A stretch of DNA of 58,065 nucleotides from a virus (IMGVR_UViG_3300027911_000015:1-58065), one strand, 5' to 3'; numbered from the stretch's first letter, positions 10,210 through 20,902 are shown. The notes: generated by a model from the sequence alone, not told the origin. Made by a program: numbers and translations.

Positions 10210-12006
10210 TTATTGGTAAGTGATTGCAACGCGACAGTTTGCAACCGTAGTATCAAATGCTGAATATTCCAACAATGCTGTTTGTCCACCCACCAGTGTT
10301 ACAGTTGTTGCACCTACAGTAGACCTCAATGCTGAGAGTCCGTGAGTGATTGTGTGGTTAGAACCACCGCCTGTTGATGTATTGGTGACCCATAGCTTGA
10401 CTGTTTTTCCTGCAATCAGGTTTGAAGGTGTAACAACCATGTTGGCAGCAATGTTGCAGCCTTGCAGTGCTGATTGCGTAAAGTCGAGCGTGATTGCTGT
10501 TTGTGAACCAGCAAAGACCACAGGGGGATTTACCACACCAACGTTTGAGGTCAGATTTCCTGTGACTATCAAATCTCCACCAAAGATTGTGCCTGATGTA
10601 TTGGCTAGAGCATTGTTGGCTTTTGTAAATGCCGCATTAGCCTGTATAAATGCTGATGTAGTATTTGTCGTAACTGCTGTAATATTGGTGTTCTGAGTAT
10701 TCTCAATGCCCTGGAAAAACGAAACATTAGATGATAGCCACGAAGTCACGTTAGAAACGTTGTTAGCATTCGTATTCGCAACACCAAATACCACATTCAC
10801 CTGCGAGAATGCTGCATTGGCTTGAGCAAAGGATGCCGTGATCGATGCGTTCTGAGTTACGTCCACGCCTTGGATTACAGTGATACTGGTGTTCTGTGCA
10901 GCATCCACACCCTGAATCGTTGTGATCGATGTGTTCTGAGTATTCTCAATGCCCTGGAAGAACGACACGTTTGACGCGAGCCACGAAGTAAGGTTAGAAA
11001 TGTTTGTATTCTGAGTAACATCTACACCCTGGATGATGGTGATAGAGTTGTTTTGCGCTACGTCCACACCTTGAATATTCGTGATAGAGGTATTCTGTGC
11101 ATTATCTACACCTTGAATCACTGTAATGCTGGTGTTCTGTGCAGTGTCGATGCCTTGAATATACGTATTGGCTGTGTTGGTGTAAGCCTGAGCCGTAGCA
11201 ATAGCAGCCGCAAGGGTGGTCGAGTCGTTGGCTTGCAGGAATGTATTGGCTGTGGTGGTGAATGCCTTGGCAGTAGTCAGTGTGGATGCGTCGTTAGCTT
11301 GCAACCAGGTGTTGGATGCATAGGCATAAGCATTTGCCGAGTTGGCGAGAGCGAAGGCTGCGTTTGCGTAGTTCGCTGAAGCAGCAGCGGTTGTTTGCAC
11401 TGTGCCATCAGCAAAAGTCAAGGTCGCAGCAGTGTTTGTGTCGAGAGAGTGACCAAGAACAATATCTTCGTGGAACAGAGCATAGTCGTTATTGAATACT
11501 GCAAAGGTGTTTACTGTGTTGGCACCTTGAATAACGAATACAATATTTCCTCCAGTCGCATAGGTTCCGAGAATCAGGTTTCCTGTTTCTGTCATTGGAG
11601 GAGTAACCGTCAGATATCCATCGTATGGTGTTTCAACCGTTTGGTTTGGGTCGTTGTGATTAGGACCAGCGATACCAAGGTCAAGGAATCCCATACCACC
11701 AGGAGTGCCGTTGTTCGCGGTCAGGATAATGTCTGCCGAAGCCAACGTGCCCATGCTGAAGTTCTGGAAGTTTACTTGTAACTGGTCGTTCACCGAACCA
11801 CCAAACTGCGCGATAGTATGTGGAAGAATGATCTGGTTATTTCCGACCACCAGGTTGTTGTTAGAGAACAGTCCAGCCGCCAACACCGTCATCGTCATCT
11901 TGCCGGTGGTGTTGGATGGAATATCAACTGCGGCAACCAGCGTGTTCGCTGTGTTAGAGTTGATTTGTGTGATTTCTGGGAGTTCTGATATCTTGACGCT
12001 GGAAAT
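10210..12006 (-). CDS. Fibre-like structural protein with 14-aa coiled-coil repeats; probable ATT start at 12006 (ORF track starts at 11898)
   Basis: AAGGAG SD, 7 nt, then in-frame ATT TCC AGC GTC AAG ATA TCA GAA CTC CCA (xSSVKISELP); QGVDxxQNTSITxI repeats. Confidence 0.75.
   Translation of the reverse strand: MSSVKISELPEITQINSNTANTLVAAVDIPSNTTGKMTMTVLAAGLFSNNNLVVGNNQIILPHTIAQFGGSVNDQLQVNFQNFSMGTLASADIILTANNGTPGGMGFLDLGIAGPNHNDPNQTVETPYDGYLTVTPPMTETGNLILGTYATGGNIVFVIQGANTVNTFAVFNNDYALFHEDIVLGHSLDTNTAATLTFADGTVQTTAAASANYANAAFALANSANAYAYASNTWLQANDASTLTTAKAFTTTANTFLQANDSTTLAAAIATAQAYTNTANTYIQGIDTAQNTSITVIQGVDNAQNTSITNIQGVDVAQNNSITIIQGVDVTQNTNISNLTSWLASNVSFFQGIENTQNTSITTIQGVDAAQNTSITVIQGVDVTQNASITASFAQANAAFSQVNVVFGVANTNANNVSNVTSWLSSNVSFFQGIENTQNTNITAVTTNTTSAFIQANAAFTKANNALANTSGTIFGGDLIVTGNLTSNVGVVNPPVVFAGSQTAITLDFTQSALQGCNIAANMVVTPSNLIAGKTVKLWVTNTSTGGGSNHTITHGLSALRSTVGATTVTLVGGQTALLEYSAFDTTVANCRVAITYQ
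10688..11180 (-). repeat. Coding tandem repeats (42-nt/14-aa QGVDxxQNxSITxI) plus a duplicated SWLxSNVSFFQGIENTQNT block
   Basis: Identical 29-mer gtgttctgagtattctcaatgccctggaa at 10688 and 10931 (243 nt apart). Confidence 0.8.
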
Positions 12007-12018
12007 TTTGGCTCTCCT

Positions 12019-12672
12019 TTATTTTCTCTTGTATGGTTTCTGTAAGAAGGGAGTATCATCACCTTCATATCTACATTGCCATCCTTTGTAATGTCTTCTT
12101 TGACCCTTTGCTACTTTACTCATAACACCTTGACTGATATTATATTCTCTACACAACTTTCTCAAGTTCTTTACCCTACTTATCTGACCCTCCGGACTCA
12201 TTACAATCCAATCCTTGGAGATAGCATCATATCCCGTATCAGACCTTTTCTTCCTTGGTTTTCCACCATTGTAGTTGGGTCTTGGTATTCCTTTATTAGC
12301 CTCGGATATTTTTCTTCCAGTTTCCTTTGAAACCATCCTTCCGACACAGTTTTTGTTACCTAAGTTGACTTTACGTAGTATTTCTCTAACCGCATCCGTG
12401 TGTCTCAATCCTGAAACGCCGTCACCACCATCAGTTAGATTTCTGAGTATTCCTGTGTCAATATCCTTGCGGCCATACCATCTAATCATGCGGCGTTCAA
12501 TAGCCAGGGCGCCGATTTCTGTTAGTTTACTTTCCAATATGAGTATACGTCCCTTATCTTTTGGCACTAAGATTTCGTTCTTGTCTTTTCTCCAAGCCCT
12601 GTTTCCCTTACCTTTACCAATATAATAAGGAGTTCCGTCTTTTCTCATATAAGCATAAACATAGTATTCCAT
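12019..12672 (-). mobile_element. Free-standing GIY-YIG homing endonuclease with NUMOD3-like motifs
   Basis: YYVYAY..PYYIGKG..R; [10 protein letters not shown]; [14 protein letters not shown]; AT-richer than flanks. Confidence 0.85.
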
Positions 12673-12680
12673 ATCAACGC

Positions 12681-15467
12681 CTAGTCTAGTAGGATGAAAC
12701 TTCCACTCTCCGTCAACAGAGCTTCACCCGCTTCTGTGGTGAGACTTGGGAAATACTGCACTCCCACAGGACCGTAAATGACCACATTTCCTCCTGTAGC
12801 CACGAAGTTTCGTGCTACTGCCATCGTAGAGTTCGCATTCGAACCCCAGTTATTCGCAACGGTAATCACACCGTTAGTATAGTCAATCTGTGTTACTTTT
12901 TGCTGTGTGTTGTTAGCAATCAACACAGAGTCACCAACAAATACGATATCCTTGAGAGGATGCGTAGGGTCCGAATAGACTCCCATGTTGATGATATTGT
13001 ATGTTCCTGTCAAGGACTTGATATTTATCGTGTTGGAACCTGCATTTGCCGTAATATTTGCGACATTTCCATAGGTCAGCCAAGTATTGCTTCTCAGCGT
13101 AGCCGTATTATTAGCTGTGTCTATGGAAACAACGGTTCCACGAATCTTGTATCCGCTAACATCCGCCGTGGCTGCCACCACAGAAGTGTTGACATTCAAG
13201 AATCCTGCGATATTGGCACCCGACAGATTTCCAAAGACGATGATGTTGTTACTCTTATTCGTGAAGTCGGTCGTCATTGTGACCGTAGATGCATTGGCAC
13301 CTGTATAGTAAGGCAACGGAAGACCAGAGTTCAGAGCGTTCTGGATAGCCAAATCAACATCGCTCTGTGACTTCATGGCAAACACACCGATGACCTTGGT
13401 TCCTGTTGGATGAAGCAGATTCAATAAGATATCACGGTATTTCGCGATTTCCTTTTCCACGGTCAAACGATAGGTGAAGTTGTTGTAATCTTCACTTTCC
13501 AGAACACTGAATGAACTTAGTTGACCTTGTGTGGTCAGATAGGTTCCCTGTCCAATAACCAGACCGTTCTTGAACGATGCCGTAGCCTGAGCGGTTCCGT
13601 CGCCATACACGATAGAACCGTTCGCAGAGTAACCACCCACATAGTTTGGAACCACATTCAGGTGGATATTACGACCGTTAGCCACCAAAGGTAGGGCAGG
13701 ATTCAGTGTTCCTGTGTAGTTGTATACACGGAGACTATACACTGAGTTTGCTGGGTTCACATCAGGAGACAGTAAGGTAATCGAGTCTACTGATGCCTGG
13801 AATGAGTTTGTGTTGATGTTCGCACCCTGGAACATCGTGTCTTGGTTATCAGGGATTAGCAGCAGAGACACATTAGACACCGCGATATCCTGAACCACCA
13901 ACGAAACATTCGGTGTCGCAATGTAATCCTCGCCGTTGTTCGTCAGGGTAATGCTTGTAATAGCACCGATACGGTCGACGATAGGAGTAAAGGTTGCTCC
14001 TGTTCCTAGAATATTTGTGACTGTCAGAACCGCATTGGCACCATTGGCTGAAGATACTGTCAGCGTAGGAAGACCAGTTGGTGTGTATCCCATACCACCA
14101 AGAGGGAAGTAGCGACCGTCATTTGTATTGACATATGCCGTGGTCAGAATGGCTCCGTTAGCATCCACGGTTACCACATTAGCCGACACACCGTATCCCG
14201 TGCCACCTACGAAGTTGATCTTGTCATTAGCAGCGTATCCTGTGCCAGCATTGATGATCTGTATGGGAGCCAGGATACCCAGTGTCTCCAGATCAGCATT
14301 GGTAAATGCGTCCGTGGGATATACAGACTCCGCGGAGACCACAGGAACTTTCGTGATTCCACCGCCACCATTTTCCACGATAACCGATGAGATTGGATAT
14401 GTGGTGAAGGAAAGGAACGAGAGGGCATTCAGAAGTGTTGTGTTTGCATTGGAAACCGCAATGTTAGAAAAGTTGTAGTTCGTATTTCCAATCAACACAT
14501 TCTTCTTGAAACTGATTGTGTCCTGTGGGATCAGGCTTACATTCGCGTCCTTCACAGGATTCGTATCAACAGAACCGACAATGGCAAGAGCCGTAGGAGC
14601 ATTCTGAATATTGATAATCGTATTTGGATTTGGACGATATCCAAAACCACCATTCAGAACCGTGATACGCTGAATGGATCCTGATGTGGTAGTTCCAACT
14701 ACAGCCTTCGCACCAACGCCCGTAGGACTATTCAGACCACCATACACAACTACGGGATTTCCTGGTTGATATAGAAGACCTCGATGATTTGGATTGATTG
14801 TGATCTGTGAAATCTGACCCACAATCTTGGCACGAAGAACATTTCCGCCAAACAGAACATCTTGATTGTTATTGTCTACGACACGAACAAACTCACCTGA
14901 CTGGAATAGACGTTCAATGTTTGAAACGAAAACCTCGGTCTTGTTTCCTGCCAGAACCGAGTTTTCAATCGTAGCAATAGTCTTGGTGGTTTCACCAAAC
15001 AGTCTATAGTTGTTGATCGACAACCACTTCGGATCAATCGTTGATAGCTTGACAGACTTGGTGATGAACCAAATACCATCAGATGCGCGAAGAACATTGT
15101 CTCTCGTATAGAAGATTTCAGCATCAGAGTTGTATAGAACACGGAAGAGGAACTGATATGATGCCGGCGTTCCCTTTGATTGATATAGCTGTCTCGCCAA
15201 CTTGACTACGCGAGCCTTGGAGACCAGCGCATCTTCAGGAAAGTAGGGAAGGAAATCGTTGATGTAATAGTTGATGAAGTCAGTGGTTGTTTTGTCAATG
15301 TCATCATAGTTCAGGATGTTCTTCGCCTGCGCCGTCATTCCACCCGTTGTTTCCATCCACTCATAGTATGCCTGAACGAAAGCAACGAACTTGGAATAGT
15401 CCGGATTGTCCCTGATGAATTGTGGGAGTTGTGAAGGAATGAGCAGAGAAGTTGCAGCCGTTACCAT
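12681..15467 (-). CDS. gp7: Baseplate wedge initiator (T4 gp7-like)
   Basis: [48 protein letters not shown]; position after gp6. Confidence 0.75.
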   Translation of the reverse strand: MVTAATSLLIPSQLPQFIRDNPDYSKFVAFVQAYYEWMETTGGMTAQAKNILNYDDIDKTTTDFINYYINDFLPYFPEDALVSKARVVKLARQLYQSKGTPASYQFLFRVLYNSDAEIFYTRDNVLRASDGIWFITKSVKLSTIDPKWLSINNYRLFGETTKTIATIENSVLAGNKTEVFVSNIERLFQSGEFVRVVDNNNQDVLFGGNVLRAKIVGQISQITINPNHRGLLYQPGNPVVVYGGLNSPTGVGAKAVVGTTTSGSIQRITVLNGGFGYRPNPNTIINIQNAPTALAIVGSVDTNPVKDANVSLIPQDTISFKKNVLIGNTNYNFSNIAVSNANTTLLNALSFLSFTTYPISSVIVENGGGGITKVPVVSAESVYPTDAFTNADLETLGILAPIQIINAGTGYAANDKINFVGGTGYGVSANVVTVDANGAILTTAYVNTNDGRYFPLGGMGYTPTGLPTLTVSSANGANAVLTVTNILGTGATFTPIVDRIGAITSITLTNNGEDYIATPNVSLVVQDIAVSNVSLLLIPDNQDTMFQGANINTNSFQASVDSITLLSPDVNPANSVYSLRVYNYTGTLNPALPLVANGRNIHLNVVPNYVGGYSANGSIVYGDGTAQATASFKNGLVIGQGTYLTTQGQLSSFSVLESEDYNNFTYRLTVEKEIAKYRDILLNLLHPTGTKVIGVFAMKSQSDVDLAIQNALNSGLPLPYYTGANASTVTMTTDFTNKSNNIIVFGNLSGANIAGFLNVNTSVVAATADVSGYKIRGTVVSIDTANNTATLRSNTWLTYGNVANITANAGSNTINIKSLTGTYNIINMGVYSDPTHPLKDIVFVGDSVLIANNTQQKVTQIDYTNGVITVANNWGSNANSTMAVARNFVATGGNVVIYGPVGVQYFPSLTTEAGEALLTESGSFILLD

Positions 15468-15644
15468 TTATTTTCCTAGCATTGCCATTGATAGTCCTAC
15501 ATTAGCGATGGCATACGAGAAATATGCCAGCGACCATCCCCACTTATGCCCTATTGCGTGCGCAACGGCAACGCCCAGATAGATAGCACCCACTCCAAGG
15601 TTCAGAATCACTCCAACCATCAACGAGTCCATTTTGTTTCCCAT
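15468..15644 (-). CDS. Small two-TM membrane protein (54-58 aa), not in the ORF track
   Basis: MGNKMDSLMVGVILNLGVGAIYLGVAVAHAIGHKWGWSLAYFSYAIANVGLSMAMLGK; fills the gp6-gp7 gap. Confidence 0.65.
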   Translation of the reverse strand: MGNKMDSLMVGVILNLGVGAIYLGVAVAHAIGHKWGWSLAYFSYAIANVGLSMAMLGK

Positions 15645-15646
15645 AG

Positions 15647-17737
15647 TTACTTACGCGATTTTGCTGTTACACTCACAGTCACCGCAGTAGGATCGAAAGG
15701 ATCCACCGTGATGATCTTGTTATATGTTGAAGAAATAATCGTTGACTGTGGGTTCACTGTGATAGCCAGTTGTCCCAGGTCATTGTCAACACCATAAGGA
15801 GCAAATGATTTCAGTGTGACGATACCATTTACATAGTCAACCGTTCCTACATTTTCCAGGAAGATGGTCTTGACATTCTTACTGTTGTTATAGAACATGC
15901 GCAGTGTTCCGAACTGTCCTTCCAGTGTCACATTGAGAGCACCAAGGCGTCCCGTAGAATCGCTAGGTGCATTCGTAACCGTAGCGATAGCACTGGTATA
16001 TCCTGTTCCTGGGTTCGTCACTGTGATTGACTTGATGTTACCCGCAGCATTCAGAACAGCGACCGCAGTGGCTCCTGTTCCATCACCCAGGATAGTCACT
16101 GTAGGTGGAACAGAGTATCCGAATCCTGGATTCAGAACCGAGATAGATGCCACACCGCCTGTTGTTACAGGGACTTCTTCGATGTAGATACCATCAATGA
16201 TGTTCGACAGATTCGTTGGATCGCGATATTGAATCGCAGGAGAACTGTTGATTCCGCTTGTCAGCATACCTCTTTGCAGAGGAACACCATAATCGAATGT
16301 GTATGTAGCTGGCACAGTGAGGCTAGGATAGAACTTCTTTTGCAACTGGATTTCCGCCTCATTTGCCACGATTGATGGATCCGTATACTTCACCGCATTG
16401 TTCAGGTCTGTAGCTGAGAAGGTGGAGTTGAATGTGTTCAGTGTAGACAGAGCAAAGTTGTTGATCGAATTTGCGATGGCTGTCTGTAGCTGTGGTGCCG
16501 TGAGAATCGTCTTGGTTGAATCATACAGAACATTCGCACCAATCTTGATGTAAGTGTAATCAGGATCCAAAAGGGTAGGAACCACTGTAAGAACCGAGAT
16601 TGGCTTGATAACATCGGTAATCAGGCGTTGTTTCTGTGTGTCTGTGAGGGTATAGGCACCGGCAGGCTTCAGTGAAATGAATACCTGTCCATACACAGGA
16701 GGATTGTTTTCTTCTCCGCCCCACACATTTACTGCATCAAACGAGTATCCCAGTGTGTTTTGTTGGATGAGCGTGATATAGTCATCCTTCGTAACCGCAC
16801 GACCTTGAGCAGAGTATGCCTTGGGTGCCGTGAACTTGATAGAGTCGATTGTTTCAGCAGCCGAACCAGCGTCAGCTTGCACTAGAGGAGTTACTGTGAT
16901 ATTCGAGAAACCGGAGATTGGATTCTGAACGACGAAGTTGTTTGCTCCTGCCGCCGCTGTTCCACTGGTCGACAGATAGCTGATAGTGATATAGTTTCCA
17001 TCTGTCAGAGCAGAACCCAGAACACCATCACCGAAGTAAATCTGGTATTGCCCATTAGGACCTTCTTGAAGGAAATACACATTGGAAGTTCCTGTCAGTG
17101 CCAGGACCGACGATGCTGCTGTAAACACCGTTTGTACATTGGATGAACTGGTTGTTTGGACCACCACGGACAATGTTGATGTATCGATGTTCGTATCTGG
17201 AATCGTAAAGATGGAATCTGGATTGTTCAGTGTATCAGCAGTGAAGTTCATTGTGATAAACTCACCCTGCTTGATTTCAATATTGGTGAATGTGGCCACC
17301 GTGTTTACTGTAGAAACCGTTGAGTCATTGACAACCACGAAAGGATAGTTTACGTTGTCGATAGGTTCTGATTGGAGGGTTGTTCCCTTTTGCAGGGTCA
17401 ATGATGATGTTGTGACTCCACGCACCGTGATATCAACGAAAGCCGTAGGACACACAGCAGACTTCGGCGTATAGTTCAGGAGTTTTGCATGAGACACCAC
17501 AGAATCTCTCTGTGATGCGGTGTCCAGAAACATTTCATTGCCGACCATATTCAGATAGAAGGCATTGTAGTGGGTGTTGTAAGCCAGCAAATCAACCAGA
17601 ATGTTCAGTGCAGAACCCTCAAAGTTATAGTCCTGATAGGGATTACCTGGCAATCCTTTCAGATACGCCAGGAAGTTCTGCTTGATCTGGTCAAAGTCCA
17701 GTTCAGTAAGTTGGAGCGAAGAGTTTGCTGAAGCCAT
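15647..17737 (-). CDS. gp6: Baseplate wedge subunit (T4 gp6-like)
   Basis: LDFDQIK, DYNFEGSAL, EMFLDTA, IYFGDGVLG, QGRAVT.DDY, WGGEE. Confidence 0.92.
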   Translation of the reverse strand: MASANSSLQLTELDFDQIKQNFLAYLKGLPGNPYQDYNFEGSALNILVDLLAYNTHYNAFYLNMVGNEMFLDTASQRDSVVSHAKLLNYTPKSAVCPTAFVDITVRGVTTSSLTLQKGTTLQSEPIDNVNYPFVVVNDSTVSTVNTVATFTNIEIKQGEFITMNFTADTLNNPDSIFTIPDTNIDTSTLSVVVQTTSSSNVQTVFTAASSVLALTGTSNVYFLQEGPNGQYQIYFGDGVLGSALTDGNYITISYLSTSGTAAAGANNFVVQNPISGFSNITVTPLVQADAGSAAETIDSIKFTAPKAYSAQGRAVTKDDYITLIQQNTLGYSFDAVNVWGGEENNPPVYGQVFISLKPAGAYTLTDTQKQRLITDVIKPISVLTVVPTLLDPDYTYIKIGANVLYDSTKTILTAPQLQTAIANSINNFALSTLNTFNSTFSATDLNNAVKYTDPSIVANEAEIQLQKKFYPSLTVPATYTFDYGVPLQRGMLTSGINSSPAIQYRDPTNLSNIIDGIYIEEVPVTTGGVASISVLNPGFGYSVPPTVTILGDGTGATAVAVLNAAGNIKSITVTNPGTGYTSAIATVTNAPSDSTGRLGALNVTLEGQFGTLRMFYNNSKNVKTIFLENVGTVDYVNGIVTLKSFAPYGVDNDLGQLAITVNPQSTIISSTYNKIITVDPFDPTAVTVSVTAKSRK

Positions 17738-18129
17738 TAGCGGAGTCTCTCAAGAAGAAAGTTTATTGTTACGGGGTCCGGTTGATTGACAATATAAAAT
17801 GTCAACGTTGCTGTATAACTGTTTTGGTCGGGGTTTACTTGCACCACGACCGAATCAAGTGTCACACGCGGCTCAAAGTTCTTGATCGTATCTTGTATTT
17901 CCCTTTGCAGATAGTTCGCTGTCAGTGGAGAAATAGGCTCAAACAACATTTTCTGCACATTGGACCCAACGTTGGGTTGAAATGGACGCTCGTAGTGGTT
18001 CGTAAGTATCAGATTACGGACCGCACGAATCACCGCCAGGTCTCCAACAGAGAGAACCAGATCGTGCTTGACAGGATGAGGATTGAACCTCAAGTCCATG
18101 TCTGAATATGTTCTTTGTGTGTTTGCCAT
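17737..18129 (-). CDS. gp25: Baseplate wedge subunit / sheath initiator (T4 gp25-like)
   Basis: AVRNLILT..ERPFQPNVGS, IKNFEPRV. Confidence 0.92.
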   Translation of the reverse strand: MANTQRTYSDMDLRFNPHPVKHDLVLSVGDLAVIRAVRNLILTNHYERPFQPNVGSNVQKMLFEPISPLTANYLQREIQDTIKNFEPRVTLDSVVVQVNPDQNSYTATLTFYIVNQPDPVTINFLLERLR

Positions 18130-18135
18130 ATCTTC

Positions 18136-18143
18136 TATTTATA
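18136..18143 (-). promoter_or_regulatory. T4-type late promoter TATAAATA
   Basis: Exact TATAAATA 6 nt upstream of the gp25 ATG. Confidence 0.75.
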
Positions 18144-18150
18144 GTGTGTT

Positions 18151-19965
18151 TTATACCGTTCGGATGAGTCCATACTGAAGTCTTTGTAGGGTCGAATCGT
18201 CATTTCTCACTCCAACCGATCCGCCTGAACCACCTCGGCTTGGTGCCGGTGGTGCCATCGTAGTCTTGTTCACTACGATTGGAGGAGACTGCATACCTCC
18301 TGCCACAGGCAACGTCATTGCTACATGAGAATCCTGAGCCGCGTTTAGTCTGTTTGTCGTTGGTGCAGGAACAGGAGCCGCCGGTGTTGCTTTGGGCATT
18401 GTGCCGAATCTACTGGTCTTTTGGTTTTGCACAGGGGATGCTGTTGGTGTCCCTGGAACCCTTGATACTCCAGGAATAGGCACGGCCTCTGTAGACTTCT
18501 TATCATTCATGAAGAAGTCATACATTTTTTCTGCGCCCCACTCACCAATCTTATCGCCACCCAGCAATGATGCTGCTACACCACCGAGGCTTCCTACAAT
18601 CGTTCCGACTCCTGGAAACACAGCCGAGCCCAATAGTCCACCAATGATAGGGAGGGCACCTGATGCCAAAACTCCTCCAAGAGCCTTGACGATTTCTTTC
18701 TTCATATCCATTTGTTCGCCTGCTTCTGCACGCGCCATGATATCCTGGATTCTCATAATTGCATCCACACCACCAGCAATCAGACCGATACCAGGGATAG
18801 ACTTCATGAAACCAAGTAGTTTTCCTAGACCCTTCAACATCTTACCACCGGCACCTGCGACTCTAGATACCTTGGTTGCCGTGTTCGCAACCTTAGCCAT
18901 CTTGGAACCCTCTTCTACTGCCGTAGCAGATTCGGCCACCGTGCTTCCTGTTTTTGCACCTTGAACCAATGCCTCAGGGGCACCCCTAGCAGCCTTCGCG
19001 GCCGCGGCGGCCCCGGCTCCTACTCCAAATAAACCAAGAGCCTTCGCACCGATACGACCCATGAACTTGAGAGCCTTGCTGCCGTATTTTAGTATGCCTT
19101 TTCCTAATCTACTAATCAGACCGATACCTTTACCTAACATACCACCGCCAGGGAGAAGGTTGGCTAACATAGGCAATAGTCCGGCGAGTCCTCCGCCACC
19201 CCTTTCATTGCCTGTTGCCGCAGGAATAGTTTCTCCTCCGACCTTATGCATCATAGGAACGCCGCGTTCGTCTTTGTTGAACTGACTTGCGATTTCCCTC
19301 AGGCGTTTATCTTCTTCGAACTTGTCATGAATCAACTTGTAAATCTTCTCCAAAACATCAACAGCCGTCTCCTTGTTTGGTCCCATAGGAGTAGCAGTAA
19401 GGTCTGTAGGTGAAGGAGGAACCAGGGAGTTGGTGTCTTGTCTTGCTTTGCGAGCAGAAGCCTTCATTCCTGTGACATGAGCAATATCTTCAGGGGCATA
19501 TCCGAATGCCTTGCCTAGCGATGTGGCAAGGAGGTTGCCTAGTGGAAGAGATTTCGCCATACGCAATGGAAGAGACTTGAATCTCTGCTTGCGGGCTTGG
19601 AATCGTTCTGCAATTTCAGCACCGATAGCGCCGCCAAGTCCTTTTCCTTCCATCATCCTCTGTGCAGCGATATCACCGAATGATTTCTTTCCTGTTCTTT
19701 CTGCTGCGGCCAATCCGCCTTCGGCTTCAGGCATTACACTGGGCTTAGCTTTCTTCTTTCCAGCAAGGGTCTGTAGTTTCTGAGCAGCTTCAGGAAGAGG
19801 ACGTTCAACCGAACTCTGAACACCAAATTTTGCATCCAAGGCATCCGCAACTTCCTTCTTGACAGGCTTTGGGTCACCCTTTCTGTCCATAGGGAACCAC
19901 TGACTCACTGCGGGGTCAAAGATATAGTTTTCGCCTTGAAAGGTCTTGATTAGTGCGCTTGCCAT
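18151..19965 (-). CDS. Tape measure / baseplate hub protein (T4 gp29-like)
   Basis: 604 aa, G/A/L/K-rich amphipathic segments; follows gp26/gp51. Confidence 0.65.
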   Translation of the reverse strand: MASALIKTFQGENYIFDPAVSQWFPMDRKGDPKPVKKEVADALDAKFGVQSSVERPLPEAAQKLQTLAGKKKAKPSVMPEAEGGLAAAERTGKKSFGDIAAQRMMEGKGLGGAIGAEIAERFQARKQRFKSLPLRMAKSLPLGNLLATSLGKAFGYAPEDIAHVTGMKASARKARQDTNSLVPPSPTDLTATPMGPNKETAVDVLEKIYKLIHDKFEEDKRLREIASQFNKDERGVPMMHKVGGETIPAATGNERGGGGLAGLLPMLANLLPGGGMLGKGIGLISRLGKGILKYGSKALKFMGRIGAKALGLFGVGAGAAAAAKAARGAPEALVQGAKTGSTVAESATAVEEGSKMAKVANTATKVSRVAGAGGKMLKGLGKLLGFMKSIPGIGLIAGGVDAIMRIQDIMARAEAGEQMDMKKEIVKALGGVLASGALPIIGGLLGSAVFPGVGTIVGSLGGVAASLLGGDKIGEWGAEKMYDFFMNDKKSTEAVPIPGVSRVPGTPTASPVQNQKTSRFGTMPKATPAAPVPAPTTNRLNAAQDSHVAMTLPVAGGMQSPPIVVNKTTMAPPAPSRGGSGGSVGVRNDDSTLQRLQYGLIRTV

Positions 19966-20178
19966 TTATTTTTTCCTATTCTTCTTGGCTTGCTGTTGTT
20001 GCCTTAGCTTTTCGTTCTCTTCTTCGATATACTTTATCAAAAGAGATACGTAAATATCCCTTTCCCACGGAACCATATTCTCTATCTCCGTCAAGGACCA
20101 CTTATGGTGCTGCAATAGATTGAAGTTCGTTCTGTAAAGATTTGCAAGCGTATCGTTAGAGAACGTTATGCGAAAAAA
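19966..20178 (-). CDS. gp51: gp51-like tail/baseplate assembly chaperone segment; no start codon, probably reached by -1 frameshift from gp26
   Basis: FFRITFSNDTLANLYRTNFNLLQHHKWSLTEIENMVPWERDIYVSLLIKYIEEEN...; absent from the ORF track. Confidence 0.8.
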   Translation of the reverse strand, partial: FFRITFSNDTLANLYRTNFNLLQHHKWSLTEIENMVPWERDIYVSLLIKYIEEENEKLRQQQQAKKNRKK

Positions 20179-20888
20179 CCATCTAAGCCTTGTACCGTAA
20201 TACTATGGTCGAATCCGCACTTCCCACACCTGATATTCAGAACCTTCTTCAAAGAAGGCAGAGAATCAAAGTATGTATCAATCTTTTCAAATGACTCGGC
20301 ACTCAGAGATTGTAAGAATGCCATCATTTCTTCTTTCGTTGTTTCTTTCGCATAATACATTTGGTCATCGTCAAAGACATAATCAACACATCCAGCGACC
20401 AACTCAAAAGCCACATCGGATGCCGATTCCACACTATTCAGCTTCTCAATGATAGAGAACTCTGGATAGTTGAACTTGATTCCAATCTTATCAGTAACCT
20501 TTACAATATCATTATATTTGTCTAGTCCATCCACTTTGATATCCAGTAAATCAACTTTGTGTTCCATCATGTGACCACACTTGTTGCCTTCAACCAGGTT
20601 TTCGCAGCGATACTTCAAGTCTACGATTTCACCAACAGACCTTGCGCGAATATTCAAAAAGAAAAACTCCACATCAACTAAAGGAATCTTGTTGATATCC
20701 AAATCGCTCAATGTGCAGTTATTCAGAATTTGCTTTACTGCACGTTCCATGGAATCCTTGTCTCCTGATTCCATTGCCATCATCAGCAATTTCTGTTCTT
20801 TCACCAAGAACGGTCTAAACGTAACTTCCTTCTTCGAAAGAGGAAGAGTCAAAACATAAGTCGGAAATTCAATTTTTGGCAATGCCAT
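20166..20888 (-). CDS. gp26: Baseplate hub assembly chaperone (T4 gp26-like)
   Basis: MALPKI..FRPFLVKEQKLL, IRARSVGE, Cys pairs, ends GLDGFFA. Confidence 0.88.
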   Translation of the reverse strand: MALPKIEFPTYVLTLPLSKKEVTFRPFLVKEQKLLMMAMESGDKDSMERAVKQILNNCTLSDLDINKIPLVDVEFFFLNIRARSVGEIVDLKYRCENLVEGNKCGHMMEHKVDLLDIKVDGLDKYNDIVKVTDKIGIKFNYPEFSIIEKLNSVESASDVAFELVAGCVDYVFDDDQMYYAKETTKEEMMAFLQSLSAESFEKIDTYFDSLPSLKKVLNIRCGKCGFDHSITVQGLDGFFA

Positions 20889-20902
20889 GATTATTCACCT
20901 CA

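Noticed and set aside
12006-12021. Readthrough fusion of the GIY-YIG ORF into the same-frame fibre gene
   Set aside because: TAA stop followed by a well-spaced SD; re-initiation at ATT is simpler.
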